Numbered from the stretch's first letter, positions 1 to 9,855 are shown. The stretch is DNA of 64,000 nucleotides from Clostridia bacterium (GCA_045586685.1 JAZNAU010000039.1:1-64000), one strand, 5' to 3'. Numbers and translations: made by a program. Notes: generated from the letters alone by a model not told the origin.

Positions 1-121
1 TCAGTACCAACGTTTCATTTTGAAAAAGAACATCAAGTTCATCTCCCGCATTTATGTTCATTTTTCTTCTGTACTTTATAGGAATAACAAACCTTCCCAG
101 AGAATCTACTTCGTTTTTCAT
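1..121 (-). CDS. abrB: AbrB-family transition-state regulator paralog 1 (3' end runs off window edge)
   Basis: Manual translation MKNEVDSLGRFVIPIKYRRKMNINAGDELDVLFQNETLVL...; GGAGG RBS at ~128-132; very similar to the ORF at 29914-30147; not in ORF track. Confidence 0.85.
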   Translation of the reverse strand, partial: MKNEVDSLGRFVIPIKYRRKMNINAGDELDVLFQNETLVL

Positions 122-133
122 GTGGTCCCTCCA

Positions 134-313
134 ATAAAAAATGTGTGGCAATCAACGAAAGCCACACATGAAAAATGCACAGCTCTTCGTTAGAGTCACT
201 TAACTTAAATATTCTACTATACTTTCACGCATAGAGAAAAAGAGCGTACATTTTTACCGAAAGGTAACTTACGCGTGAAGAATAGTAAAATAAAATATTT
301 AGATTAAGTGACT
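134..313 (-). ncRNA. Candidate structured leader RNA/attenuator, copy 1 (long hairpin + pseudoknot/antiterminator switch + intrinsic terminator)
   Basis: Stem arms 304-313/194-203; loop strand 240-255 complementary to 171-187; terminator 136-169 identical to those at 30166 and 30366. Confidence 0.75.
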
Positions 314-319
314 ATTTTT

Positions 320-348
320 ATTATATCACAATTTACAATTTTTGTAAA
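320..348 (-). promoter_or_regulatory. Sigma-A promoter of leader copy 1
   Basis: TTTACA-N17-TATAAT with TG extended -10; same layout in the other two copies. Confidence 0.75.
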
Positions 349-371
349 TAGAAATTTTTTGTTTTTTTTAT

Positions 372-399
372 AAAAAAACCATCACCGAATAGGTGATGG
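372..399 (-). terminator. Intrinsic terminator after ORF 412-1458
   Basis: CCATCACC/GGTGATGG stem followed by a T7 run on the minus strand. Confidence 0.7.
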
Positions 400-411
400 C
401 ATTCGTATTTT

Positions 412-1458
412 TTATTGTGGCACAATTGCCTGAATGGACGTCAAATCCTTTAATCCTAATCCGCAATATCCTCCCGGGAAGGTCTTGTCAAAGGGTATAT
501 TCCGATAAATGCTGGTTTCGCTGTACCCGCTTCCGTAAGGAATGGTTTCATTAAAGTAAATCGTATTTCCTCCGTATCCGATAGCGACCATGGTATGAGG
601 AGAAACCGCTTCAAACCGTACCAAAATCCCTGTAGGGTTCCGATCAAGTGCTTCCTTGAGTGCATTGATTGCAGATTGTTCATCCGGCAAATTCAGATAA
701 GTAGCACCAAAATACTGGTCATAGCCTTTATAATAGGGAGAAGCAGTATCTACCGCCGGCACAAACTTTGCACCAAACCTTGAAACAATCTGATAATGAT
801 AACAATAGGCTCCGCTGCTGTTATATTCTAAGTTTACTGTTGCTACATCTACAGGAGTAATGGGATACCCCATCACATCGCTCAGTACCATTGCATAGGA
901 ACAAACCCAGCAATAACCGGCACCGCTGTCAGGTAAATTAAATCTTGCTTCATTCTGAAAATAGAAGGTATGCTCATCAGGATTATGTACCGGTTCTACA
1001 TAAGTAACTTCCAGCTCGTCTTTTACAGTATAATTGATATAGGTTGTTCCTTTATCCCAGACAACACTGCCACCCAAGGCTTCTGCAACCATTCTTAAAG
1101 GAAGATACGTGGTATCCTCAATCAAAATGGGAGCTACATCCAATAAAACAACAGATTCCTTTTCTTTATTCACAACCTTCATATCAGCATGGTCAATCCG
1201 CAAAGTGACGCTTGTTGTTTCGTTTGATATCAAAACGCCTTGGGTTTCTGCATCCCAGCCGACTTCACATTCCATAGCTTCTGCCACAGAACGAATCGGA
1301 ACCAACATCCGATCATCAATCATCACGGGGGCTTTGGCAAAATCTACCGACTTCCCGTTTACAACAACTTTAATTCTATCACTTGCCGCAACATTTGTCA
1401 TCACTGACATACAACAAAGAATCGCTATTAAAACAGCCAAAATTCTTTTTCGCATCAT
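412..1458 (-). CDS. Secreted protein: copper amine oxidase N-terminal (stalk) domain plus putative papain-like/C39-type peptidase domain
   Basis: Signal peptide; stalk motifs LVPIRSVAEAM and YLPLRMVAEALG; C-terminal Q...CWVCSYAM...HTMVAIGY...YFNE. Confidence 0.7.
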   Translation of the reverse strand: MMRKRILAVLIAILCCMSVMTNVAASDRIKVVVNGKSVDFAKAPVMIDDRMLVPIRSVAEAMECEVGWDAETQGVLISNETTSVTLRIDHADMKVVNKEKESVVLLDVAPILIEDTTYLPLRMVAEALGGSVVWDKGTTYINYTVKDELEVTYVEPVHNPDEHTFYFQNEARFNLPDSGAGYCWVCSYAMVLSDVMGYPITPVDVATVNLEYNSSGAYCYHYQIVSRFGAKFVPAVDTASPYYKGYDQYFGATYLNLPDEQSAINALKEALDRNPTGILVRFEAVSPHTMVAIGYGGNTIYFNETIPYGSGYSETSIYRNIPFDKTFPGGYCGLGLKDLTSIQAIVPQ

Positions 1459-1787
1459 TCTTTCCTCTTTTCAAATCTCTATCTGCCGCACCTTTTTTCT
1501 CTCTTATTCATCAGGCAGAAAAGGGTATTTTTCATTCCGAAATCCTTAGCTAAAAAGGCAACTGTTACTTAATGATACCACATTTGTTCAAAAAAGTCAA
1601 GTTTTTTCTTGTTTTTTGTCACATTAACGTGAGTTCTCTTTTGAAAAAGAAATTGACCCCGCTTCTTATATATGATATAATAAATATTGTTTTTTAAAAA
1701 ATTTTTTTATTTTTTGCAACCTTTTGGAAGTTTAAAAGGTATTCTATATGAAATGCAAAAAAACATGTACTTAAGGAGGTACTAATT

Positions 1788-2999
1788 ATGTGGAAAAAAA
1801 TTGTAACTTCTGCAGTCGCTGCAGGAATACTTGGTTCTGTTTTGGCGTTTTCAGGGTTTGCCAACGAAGAACCGATACTGCCTATTACCGTAACGGGCAT
1901 TGAACAGAATGAAGCAGATTTACTGCCTGTTCGTAAAATTGCTGAGCATTTCGGCTATACGGTAGGTTGGCAGGAAGAAGGAAGCATTGTCAGCTTAACA
2001 AAAGGTGCACAATACATTACCTTTGCAGCAGGACAAGATGCTTACACCTTTGCAAAAACCGCTCCTGAATCTTTGGGCTCTCCTTCCGTTATTGTAAACG
2101 ATACTACTCATGTTCCCGTATTGTTCTTTACAAAGCTGTTGGGGCTGAATTGCCACGAGCTGGCAGAAAATGAATTTAAGGTTGTGCTTCCCTCCCGTGC
2201 AGAAATTACGGAAATTCAGGAAGATGGCCGTTTGCTGGTGACAGACGAATGTTTAGGTGACGTCGTGGTAGCATTAACCGACGAAACCAAGCTGGTTGCA
2301 AACAACGAGGCGGTAACTGCTGACATATTGGCAAAGGGACAGGCTATTATGATTGAATATGGTGATGCTATGGCACAAAGTCTGCCTCCTCAGGGAACAG
2401 CAGTACAGATTACCGTATTGAACCTGCCTGTCGAAGAAGAACTGGTTGAAGAAGAAACTGTTACAGAAGAAGGAATTGCTTTTGCAGGAACCATTTTGGC
2501 AGTAGAAGAAAGCATAGTAACCATTTTGGCTGACGAAACAGGAAACGAAATTTGCCTGATGATTTCTGAAGACACCCAGATTACAAAGGGCTTAGACAGA
2601 AGAATTTACAAAATTGATGATTTAGCAGAAGGCATGAGAATTTCCGGTCTTCATTCCGAAGCCATGACGGCAAGTCTGCCCCCTCAGACTTTGGCCCTCA
2701 CAATTAACATTGAGCCCGAACAAGTGGCAGAAACCACCAAGGTTCCTTTTTCCGGTGTCATTGAAGAGATCCCTGAAGAAGGAAGAATTCTGATTTCCAC
2801 CGAAACAACTCAGATTTTACTGATGGTTTCTGAAGAAACTGTGATTACAAGCGGTAACGACAAGAGAATTTACGGATTTGATGATTTAACCGTAGGAACT
2901 CAGATTTCCGGCTTTCATGCAGAGCCCATGACCATGAGCCTGCCTCCCCAGACCTTAGCGCTGGAGATTGATATTCAAAAGAACGAACAGGGAGAATAA
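1788..2999 (+). CDS. Secreted stalk-domain protein with three internal repeats ending in M-x-x-SLPPQ
   Basis: Signal peptide; LLPVRKIAEHFGYTVGW; repeats MAQSLPPQ, MTASLPPQ, MTMSLPPQ; AAGGAGG RBS. Confidence 0.7.
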   Translation: MWKKIVTSAVAAGILGSVLAFSGFANEEPILPITVTGIEQNEADLLPVRKIAEHFGYTVGWQEEGSIVSLTKGAQYITFAAGQDAYTFAKTAPESLGSPSVIVNDTTHVPVLFFTKLLGLNCHELAENEFKVVLPSRAEITEIQEDGRLLVTDECLGDVVVALTDETKLVANNEAVTADILAKGQAIMIEYGDAMAQSLPPQGTAVQITVLNLPVEEELVEEETVTEEGIAFAGTILAVEESIVTILADETGNEICLMISEDTQITKGLDRRIYKIDDLAEGMRISGLHSEAMTASLPPQTLALTINIEPEQVAETTKVPFSGVIEEIPEEGRILISTETTQILLMVSEETVITSGNDKRIYGFDDLTVGTQISGFHAEPMTMSLPPQTLALEIDIQKNEQGE

Positions 3000-3018
3000 A
3001 CTGCAAACACATAAATTG

Positions 3019-3048
3019 AGGGGCAGTAGCAAATGTGCTACTGCCCCT
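3019..3048. terminator. Hairpin between convergent genes
   Basis: AGGGGCAGTAGCA/TGCTACTGCCCCT inverted repeat. Confidence 0.65.
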
Positions 3049-3055
3049 ATTGTCA

Positions 3056-5230
3056 TTATAAGAAACTGATTTGCTCCTCTATACTGTCTCCTTTTCGTAA
3101 GAAACAACCGACTGCAGGAATATTTTTTGTTTTATAGTATTGTAAATCCTTCAGTTTTAATGTTTCTGCGGGACAAAGGTCGGTGAGAATACTCCCCTTT
3201 TTGGAAAGGAGTACCGATACCCCTTGAGAATCTCTGGTGCTTTTTTGAGATACGGATGCGGTGTTAAATACCAAAATTTTTCCCGTATCGCTCATTGCTG
3301 CCAAATCCATTTCCTCTTGGAAATAAATCATTTTCACCAAGGGAGATGAACCCGAATATGCATTGGTAAGCCGTTTTCGATTGGTCTTGGTTTCATAGCT
3401 CTTTAAGGGAACTCTTGCCATTTTCCCTGATTGGAATGCAAACAAGACAAACCCGCTGTAATCTTCAGTTACTACCATATCAATAACCCGTTCTCCGTCC
3501 TCCATTTTAAGTAGATTAGGCAAAAATTCACCCAAAGCACTTGCTTTTCCGTCGGGTAAATCACTGATTTTTGCTTTGTACACATTCTGACGGTCGGTAA
3601 AGAACAGAATTTCTGCCCGATTACAGCTTTCAATTACATGAGTAATTTTGTCATCCTCTTTCAGCTTTTGTTCACCGCTGGTACGCAGAGCAACCAGACT
3701 TATTTTCTTAAAGTAGCTTTCCTTTGTCAGGAACACCTTCAACGCATAATTTTCAATCACTTCTTCAGGATTAAATTCTTCCACGTCTTCCTCGGTAATA
3801 AGCTCTGTTTTTCTGGGTTGACCGTATTTTTTTGCAATCTCGGTTAGCTGATTGATAATTAACTCATTGATTTTTTCAGAAGAGCCTAATGTTTCCTCCA
3901 TCTCTTCCAGTTGCTTTTCCAAATCTTCCGTTTCGTTGGTACGCTTTACAATATATTCACGGTTCAGATTACGCAACTTAATTTCTGCAATATATTCCGC
4001 CTGTACCTGATCAATAGAAAAGCCTTTCATCAAGTTGGGAACAACATCCCGTTCCGCTTCTGTATTACGGATAATGGCGATAGCTTTGTCAATATCCAAG
4101 AGCAATTCCCGCAAACCGTAAAGCAGATGCAGCTTTTCCTTCATTTTTTGAATATCAAAGTACAGTCCCCGCTTGATACAATCCACACGAAAGGCTGTCC
4201 ATTCCTCTAAAATTTCCCCTATTCCGCATACTTTCGGCGTGTTCCCAATCAAAATGTTAAAGTTACAGGGGAAACTGTCCTCAAGGGGTGTCAATTTATA
4301 AAGCCGTGTCATCAACGCATCAGGGTCGGTCCCACGCTTGACATCAATGGTAATTTTTAATCCTTTTAAATCAGTTTCGTCACGGATATCCGAAATTTCT
4401 TTGCATTTATTCTGTTTTACCAGCTCCGCTACCTTATCAATAATGGCTTCTATTGTGGTAGTATAAGGAATTTCGGTAATTTCAATGCAATGATTTTTCT
4501 TATCATAATGGTATTTTGCACGTACTTTAAAGCTACCCCGCCCTGTTTTGTAAATCTTTTCCATTTCGTCAGGCTTATAAATTAACAATCCGCCGGTGGA
4601 AAAGTCTGGTGCTTTCAGAGTTTTGCTGATTTTATGTTTTGGATTTTTAATCAATGCAATGGTGGTTTTACAAACCTCAGCCAGGTTAAAACTGCATATA
4701 TTACTTGCCATCCCAACTGCAATTCCTAAGTTTGGATTGACAATAATATTGGGAAATGTAACGGGGAAAAGGGTGGGTTCCTTCTTTGTTCCGTCAAAGT
4801 TATCCACAAAATCTACTGTATCTTTATCAATATCCGAAAACAATTCCGTTGCAAATTTTTCTAATTTGGCTTCTGTATAACGAGGTGCTGCAAATGCCAT
4901 ATCGCGGGAGTACTGTTTACCAAAATTCCCCTTAGAATCAATAAATGGATGCAATAACGCTCCGTTGTCACGGGTCAAACGAACCAAGGTAGCATAAATA
5001 GTCTGGTCGCCGTGAGGATTTAACTGCATGGTCTGTCCTACAATATTAGACGATTTGGTTCTGTCCCCATTTATCAACTTCATTTGATACATGGTATACA
5101 GCAGCTTTCTGTGAGAAGGCTTAAATCCATCTATTTCAGGGATTGCACGGGAGATGATAACGCTCATGGCGTAGGGCATATAGTTTTCTGTCAGTGTTTT
5201 TGAAATTTCCTGTTCTGTATAAAGATTCAC
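3056..5230 (-). CDS. Type IIA topoisomerase subunit A, topo IV (ParC)-like paralog
   Basis: DGFKPSHRK, NPHGD, FAAPRYT catalytic Tyr; no GyrA-box; GTG at 5230 preceded by GGAGG (ORF track start 5248). Confidence 0.85.
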   Translation of the reverse strand: MNLYTEQEISKTLTENYMPYAMSVIISRAIPEIDGFKPSHRKLLYTMYQMKLINGDRTKSSNIVGQTMQLNPHGDQTIYATLVRLTRDNGALLHPFIDSKGNFGKQYSRDMAFAAPRYTEAKLEKFATELFSDIDKDTVDFVDNFDGTKKEPTLFPVTFPNIIVNPNLGIAVGMASNICSFNLAEVCKTTIALIKNPKHKISKTLKAPDFSTGGLLIYKPDEMEKIYKTGRGSFKVRAKYHYDKKNHCIEITEIPYTTTIEAIIDKVAELVKQNKCKEISDIRDETDLKGLKITIDVKRGTDPDALMTRLYKLTPLEDSFPCNFNILIGNTPKVCGIGEILEEWTAFRVDCIKRGLYFDIQKMKEKLHLLYGLRELLLDIDKAIAIIRNTEAERDVVPNLMKGFSIDQVQAEYIAEIKLRNLNREYIVKRTNETEDLEKQLEEMEETLGSSEKINELIINQLTEIAKKYGQPRKTELITEEDVEEFNPEEVIENYALKVFLTKESYFKKISLVALRTSGEQKLKEDDKITHVIESCNRAEILFFTDRQNVYKAKISDLPDGKASALGEFLPNLLKMEDGERVIDMVVTEDYSGFVLFAFQSGKMARVPLKSYETKTNRKRLTNAYSGSSPLVKMIYFQEEMDLAAMSDTGKILVFNTASVSQKSTRDSQGVSVLLSKKGSILTDLCPAETLKLKDLQYYKTKNIPAVGCFLRKGDSIEEQISFL

Positions 5231-5244
5231 GTTTTTCTCCCTCC

Positions 5245-7227
5245 TCAACTTACATCTGTATAATCAATGTATAAATAGCCATCGCTTTCAATAAAATCTT
5301 TTCTGCCCTGAAGATTGTCTCCCAGAAGCAAGTCAAACATTTCTTTGGTCTTTTCTTCGTCCTCGGGCATGACTCGAATTAACTTTCTGGTTTCCGGATT
5401 CATGGTGGTTTCCCACATCATTTCTGCTGAGTTTTCGCCCAGGCCTTTTGACCGCATAATCTTCACTTTTTCTCCTTCAAGCTCTGCTACAATCTGGTCT
5501 TTTTCCTTGTCGGTATAAGCAAACAGGCTTCCCTTCTTTGTCTGAATTTCATATAAAGGAGATTCGGCAATAAATACGTATCCTTGTTCAATCAATGTTG
5601 GCATCAATGTATAGAACATGGTCAAAATCAGTGTTCTGATCTGGTACCCGTCCACATCTGCATCAGTACAGATAATAATTTTCTGATACCGCAGATTTTC
5701 AAGAGAAAAACCGCTTAAATCCTTATTGTGTTTGGATTTCAATTCAACACCGCATCCCAACACTTTTACTAAATCCACAATAACATCACTTTTGAATATT
5801 TTTTCATAGCCTGCCTTTAAGCAATTAAGGATTTTGCCTCGAACCGGCATAATGGCTTGAAAATTGGCATCTCTGCCCATTTTAACAGAGCCTAATGCGG
5901 AATCACCTTCCACGATATAAAGCTCTCGTAAAGCGGAATCACGGCTTCTGCAATCTACAAATTTTTGCACACGGTTGGAAATATCAATCGTACCGGACAG
6001 CTTCTTTTTTAAATTCAGCTTGGTTTTTTCCGCATTTTCACGGCTTCTCTTATTGACTAAAATCTGATTGGAAATTTTCTCCGCATCCGCCTTGTTTTCT
6101 ATTAAATATATTTCCAACTGACTTTTCAGAAAATCCGTCATGGCTTCCTGAATAAATTTATTGGTGATAGATTTTTTTGTCTGGTTTTCATAGCTGGTCT
6201 CCGTAGAAAAACTACTGCTGACAAAAAGCAAACTGTCCTCCACATCCACAAAGGTTATTTTACTTTCATTCTTTGTATATTTATTATTTTGCCTTAAATA
6301 CTGGTCCAACACAGCAACAAAAGCTGATTTGGTTGCCTTTTCAACAGAACCGCCATGTTCCAGCCAACTGGAGTTATGATAATATTCAATATAGTTGTTT
6401 TCATTGTTGAAACAAAAAGCAACATTTAGCATGACTTTATATTCCTGCTTATCCTCCCGGTCACGCCCTTTTCTCTCTGTCTGATAAAAAACGGGGGCTG
6501 TCATTTCTTTTCCATTTGACAGTTCTTTCACATATCCCAAAATTCCTTCAGGATAGCAAAATTCATAGGTTTCGAACTGGTTTTTTTCCACTTCATTCTT
6601 TAAAATTAAGGTGAGTCCCGCATTGACAACCGCTTGCTTTTTCATAGTCGATAAATAATAGTCCAAAGGAATGTCAATATCTGTAAATACCTCTAAATCC
6701 GGTTTCCAATGAATAACGGAGCCTGTATGGCGATGACGAAACTTTTCTTTTGTCAAACCGCCAACATTTTCACCCTTTTCAAAATGGAGCTGATATTTAT
6801 TCCCTTCTCTGCATACAGTAACATCCATATACTCCGAAGAATACTGAGTGGCACAACTGCCCAGACCGTTCAGACCAAGGCTAAATTCATAACTGTCAGA
6901 CTCCCCGCGGGAATACTTTCCGCCTGCATAAAGCTCGCAAAAGACCAATTCCCAGTTGTACCGATCTTCTTTTTCGTTATAATCTAAGGGAATCCCTCGG
7001 CCGTAGTCTTCAACAATAATGGACTTATCCAAAAAACGGGTCACTTCTATCCGATCCCCAAAGCCTTCTCTTGCCTCATCAATGGAGTTGGACAAAATTT
7101 CAAAAAAGGAATGACAGCATCCTTCAATTCCGTCCGATCCGAAAATGACCCCGGGACGGAGTCTTACACGATCTGCACCCTTTAGCATGGTAATGCTTTG
7201 TTCATTATATTTCTGTTTTTTTGCCAC
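5245..7227 (-). CDS. Type IIA topoisomerase subunit B, topo IV (ParE)-like paralog
   Basis: EILSNSIDE, DYGRGIP, VEGDSA, PVRGKILN, DADVDG, KGLGEN motifs. Confidence 0.88.
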   Translation of the reverse strand: MAKKQKYNEQSITMLKGADRVRLRPGVIFGSDGIEGCCHSFFEILSNSIDEAREGFGDRIEVTRFLDKSIIVEDYGRGIPLDYNEKEDRYNWELVFCELYAGGKYSRGESDSYEFSLGLNGLGSCATQYSSEYMDVTVCREGNKYQLHFEKGENVGGLTKEKFRHRHTGSVIHWKPDLEVFTDIDIPLDYYLSTMKKQAVVNAGLTLILKNEVEKNQFETYEFCYPEGILGYVKELSNGKEMTAPVFYQTERKGRDREDKQEYKVMLNVAFCFNNENNYIEYYHNSSWLEHGGSVEKATKSAFVAVLDQYLRQNNKYTKNESKITFVDVEDSLLFVSSSFSTETSYENQTKKSITNKFIQEAMTDFLKSQLEIYLIENKADAEKISNQILVNKRSRENAEKTKLNLKKKLSGTIDISNRVQKFVDCRSRDSALRELYIVEGDSALGSVKMGRDANFQAIMPVRGKILNCLKAGYEKIFKSDVIVDLVKVLGCGVELKSKHNKDLSGFSLENLRYQKIIICTDADVDGYQIRTLILTMFYTLMPTLIEQGYVFIAESPLYEIQTKKGSLFAYTDKEKDQIVAELEGEKVKIMRSKGLGENSAEMMWETTMNPETRKLIRVMPEDEEKTKEMFDLLLGDNLQGRKDFIESDGYLYIDYTDVS

Positions 7228-7296
7228 AATTTCACCTCTATCTTTTATCTTTATAAAACGGGAAAAGGAAACCCATTGTAGGTTTCCTAATTTTTG

Positions 7297-7764
7297 TTAG
7301 GTTATATCGCCTTTTATTATGTTATATTGTTCCAAATCCTCCGGCAAAATAAGTTCCTCTTTAATTTGTCCAAGCAACTGTTGACAGGTAACAATGTCCC
7401 CCGCCACATATGCCTCTTTTAATTTTTGCAGCAATTCTTTATTATCCTGAAATGCTTTGTTTTCCTTTTGCAATTTTGTTATTTCCTGCTTTAAAACTTC
7501 ATTTTCTTCTTTTAAGGTCTTGTTTTCCTGCAATAATGTGTCATTTTGCTCAGAAATTTCTCGTGCGTTTTTTTGAATTCCTTTTGAAATGTTCTTTTCT
7601 TCCGTCAACTGTTCGCTGATTTGTTCTTTTTCCAGCTTTAACTGTTCCTGACTAAAGGAAGAAAACAAAATCATAACCACAATAATAACAAAGGAAACCA
7701 AAACATACGCCCAAAAATACCTATGTGCATTATTCTGCAGCGCTTTTGCTTTTTCTTCCTGCAA
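7297..7764 (-). CDS. Hypothetical single-pass membrane protein with coiled coil
   Basis: Hydrophobic segment YFWAYVLVSFVIIVVMILF then heptad-rich region; TTG start after GAAGGG. Confidence 0.6.
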   Translation of the reverse strand: MQEEKAKALQNNAHRYFWAYVLVSFVIIVVMILFSSFSQEQLKLEKEQISEQLTEEKNISKGIQKNAREISEQNDTLLQENKTLKEENEVLKQEITKLQKENKAFQDNKELLQKLKEAYVAGDIVTCQQLLGQIKEELILPEDLEQYNIIKGDIT

Positions 7765-7784
7765 TGCCTACCCTTCTTTCAAAA

Positions 7785-7800
7785 TGTTTCACGTGAAACA
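7785..7800. promoter_or_regulatory. parS centromere site
   Basis: Perfect palindrome TGTTTCACGTGAAACA just downstream of parB. Confidence 0.95.
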
Positions 7801-7803
7801 ATG

Positions 7804-8667
7804 CTATTTTTTTATAAGTTCTATCACACGTTCTAATTCGGACATATCATAGTATTCAATTTCTATTTTGTTTTTATTCTTGCCCGTAACTACTTTTACT
7901 TTGGTCCCAAGATAGGACTGCAACTCCGCTTGAATGCTTTTCAGCTGAGATTTTAAATTCAAATCAACAGGCTCTTTTTCCCGTGCGGAATGAGGTTGTT
8001 CCATTTGGGCAATCAATTTTTCAATCTGTCTGACACTTAAATCCTCTGCTATAACCTTTTGTGCCAAATCGGTTTGTAATTCTGAATCACCAATACCGGA
8101 AATTGCTCGAGCATGCCCGCTGGAAATTTCTCCGTAAATCACCATATCCTGAACGTTTTCAGGTAAATTCAGAAGTCTTAAGGCATTGGCAACCGCAGGA
8201 CGGCTTTTTCCCACCTTTTCCGCAACCTGTTGTTGAGTCAAAGAAAATTCTTCCATTAGGGTTTTGTAGCCTTTGGCTTCTTCAATCCCATTTAAATCCT
8301 CACGTTGAAGGTTTTCAACCAATGCAATTTCTGCACTTTCTTGGCGAGAATAGGTTCTGATAACCACAGGAACAGTAGTAAGTCCCGCCAGCTTTGCCGC
8401 TCTCCATCTTCTTTCCCCTGCAATAATCCGATAAAATCCGTTTGATTGCTCTGTTACAATCAACGGCTGTATCACTCCATGAATTTTTATAGATTCTGCC
8501 AATATAGCAAGCTTTTCCTGATCAAAGTCTTTTCTGGGCTGATCTGCATCCGGTTCAATTTGAGTGATTTTAATTTCGGCAACACCGGACTGTACTATTT
8601 CATTTTCAATAGAAAAATCCTCAGAAATCAATGCTCCAAGGCCTTTTCCCAAGCCTTTTTTTGCCAT
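7804..8667 (-). CDS. parB: Chromosome partitioning protein ParB/Spo0J
   Basis: KGLGKGLGALI, QPRKDF, IIAGERRWRAA, ENLQREDL, HTH. Confidence 0.95.
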   Translation of the reverse strand: MAKKGLGKGLGALISEDFSIENEIVQSGVAEIKITQIEPDADQPRKDFDQEKLAILAESIKIHGVIQPLIVTEQSNGFYRIIAGERRWRAAKLAGLTTVPVVIRTYSRQESAEIALVENLQREDLNGIEEAKGYKTLMEEFSLTQQQVAEKVGKSRPAVANALRLLNLPENVQDMVIYGEISSGHARAISGIGDSELQTDLAQKVIAEDLSVRQIEKLIAQMEQPHSAREKEPVDLNLKSQLKSIQAELQSYLGTKVKVVTGKNKNKIEIEYYDMSELERVIELIKK

Positions 8668-8677
8668 AAAATCTCTC

Positions 8678-9442
8678 CTATTTGTTATTTTTTATCACTT
8701 CATTTGCTAATTCCGTATAGCTTTCCGAACCTCTGGAATAAGGGTCATAAGCAATAATGGGTTGCCCGTAGCTTGGCGCTTCACTTAAACGTACATTTCT
8801 AGGAATGACCGTATGATACACCTTTTTCGGAAAGAATTTTTTTACTTCATCTGCTACCATCATAGACAAATTGGTTCTGGAATCATACATAGTAAGCAGA
8901 ATTCCTTCAATATCAAGCTCTGCATTGAGCTGTTTTTTGATTGATTTTACCGTTTGCATCAATCGACTTAAACCCTCTAGCGCATAATATTCACATTGAA
9001 CAGGAATTAAAACACCGTCAGATGCCACCAACGCATTTATTGTCATTAAATTCAAGGACGGAGGACAATCAATCAAAATATAGTCATATTGATTTTTTAT
9101 GTCAGAAAGAGCATTTTTCATCATATACTCTCTCTTTTTCATAGAAACCAATTCAATTTCTGCTCCTGCAAGCTGAATATCGGAAGGAGAAAGATATAAT
9201 TCACCAAATTCTGTTTTTACAATACTTTCTTCCATTGATTTTTCACCAATTATCACCTGATAAATGGTGGTTTCCAATTCTTCCGTATCAATACCCAAAC
9301 CGCTGGTAGCGTTTCCCTGAGGATCCATGTCAATCAAAAGCACTTTTTTTCCCTGTTGTTCTAAACAAGCACTTAAGTTTACGGTAGTGGTTGTTTTTCC
9401 AACGCCGCCTTTTTGGTTTACTACCGATATAATTTTTGCCAT
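8678..9442 (-). CDS. parA: Chromosome partitioning ATPase ParA/Soj
   Basis: NQKGGVGKTTT deviant Walker A, DPQGNAT, DCPPSL, IPRNVRLSEAPS; start set at ATG after AGGAGG. Confidence 0.95.
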   Translation of the reverse strand: MAKIISVVNQKGGVGKTTTTVNLSACLEQQGKKVLLIDMDPQGNATSGLGIDTEELETTIYQVIIGEKSMEESIVKTEFGELYLSPSDIQLAGAEIELVSMKKREYMMKNALSDIKNQYDYILIDCPPSLNLMTINALVASDGVLIPVQCEYYALEGLSRLMQTVKSIKKQLNAELDIEGILLTMYDSRTNLSMMVADEVKKFFPKKVYHTVIPRNVRLSEAPSYGQPIIAYDPYSRGSESYTELANEVIKNNK

Positions 9443-9458
9443 GGGTTCTCCTCCTTCT

Positions 9459-9776
9459 TTAGTTTGTTTCGTCAATTAAATCAATTCTGTTGTCCTGCGC
9501 AAATTTACGAAATCCTTCCTTATAAGACTGATAAAACTCTTTATTCTTCATCATTGAGTATTCGATAGGCTGTGCATATTTTTTTACTTTCAGCACAATT
9601 TTTTCAGAAGGAACAGATTTAAACAACTTTCTTTCTTCGCAAGGAACAAATGAAATTTTCATGAACTGGTCGTAGGATAAATTCAAAATTTTTGGAGTTT
9701 CCTTGCCCGTTTCATTTTTAAATACTGTAGCCAACACCACTTCTGTTGTATCAAATTCAATTTTTCTTTTTGCCAC
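9459..9776 (-). CDS. Hypothetical 105-aa protein preceding parA
   Basis: GTG start with AGGAGG RBS; fills the gap between promoter and parA. Confidence 0.65.
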   Translation of the reverse strand: MAKRKIEFDTTEVVLATVFKNETGKETPKILNLSYDQFMKISFVPCEERKLFKSVPSEKIVLKVKKYAQPIEYSMMKNKEFYQSYKEGFRKFAQDNRIDLIDETN

Positions 9777-9817
9777 TGTTGTTACCTCCTATATGTAAAA
9801 TTTCACTAACGATACTA

Positions 9818-9846
9818 ATTATAACACACTTTACGACAAAATACAA
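9818..9846 (-). promoter_or_regulatory. Sigma-A promoter for orf-parA-parB
   Basis: TTGTAT-N17-TATAAT on the minus strand. Confidence 0.6.
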
Positions 9847-9855
9847 CCTCTTTTT

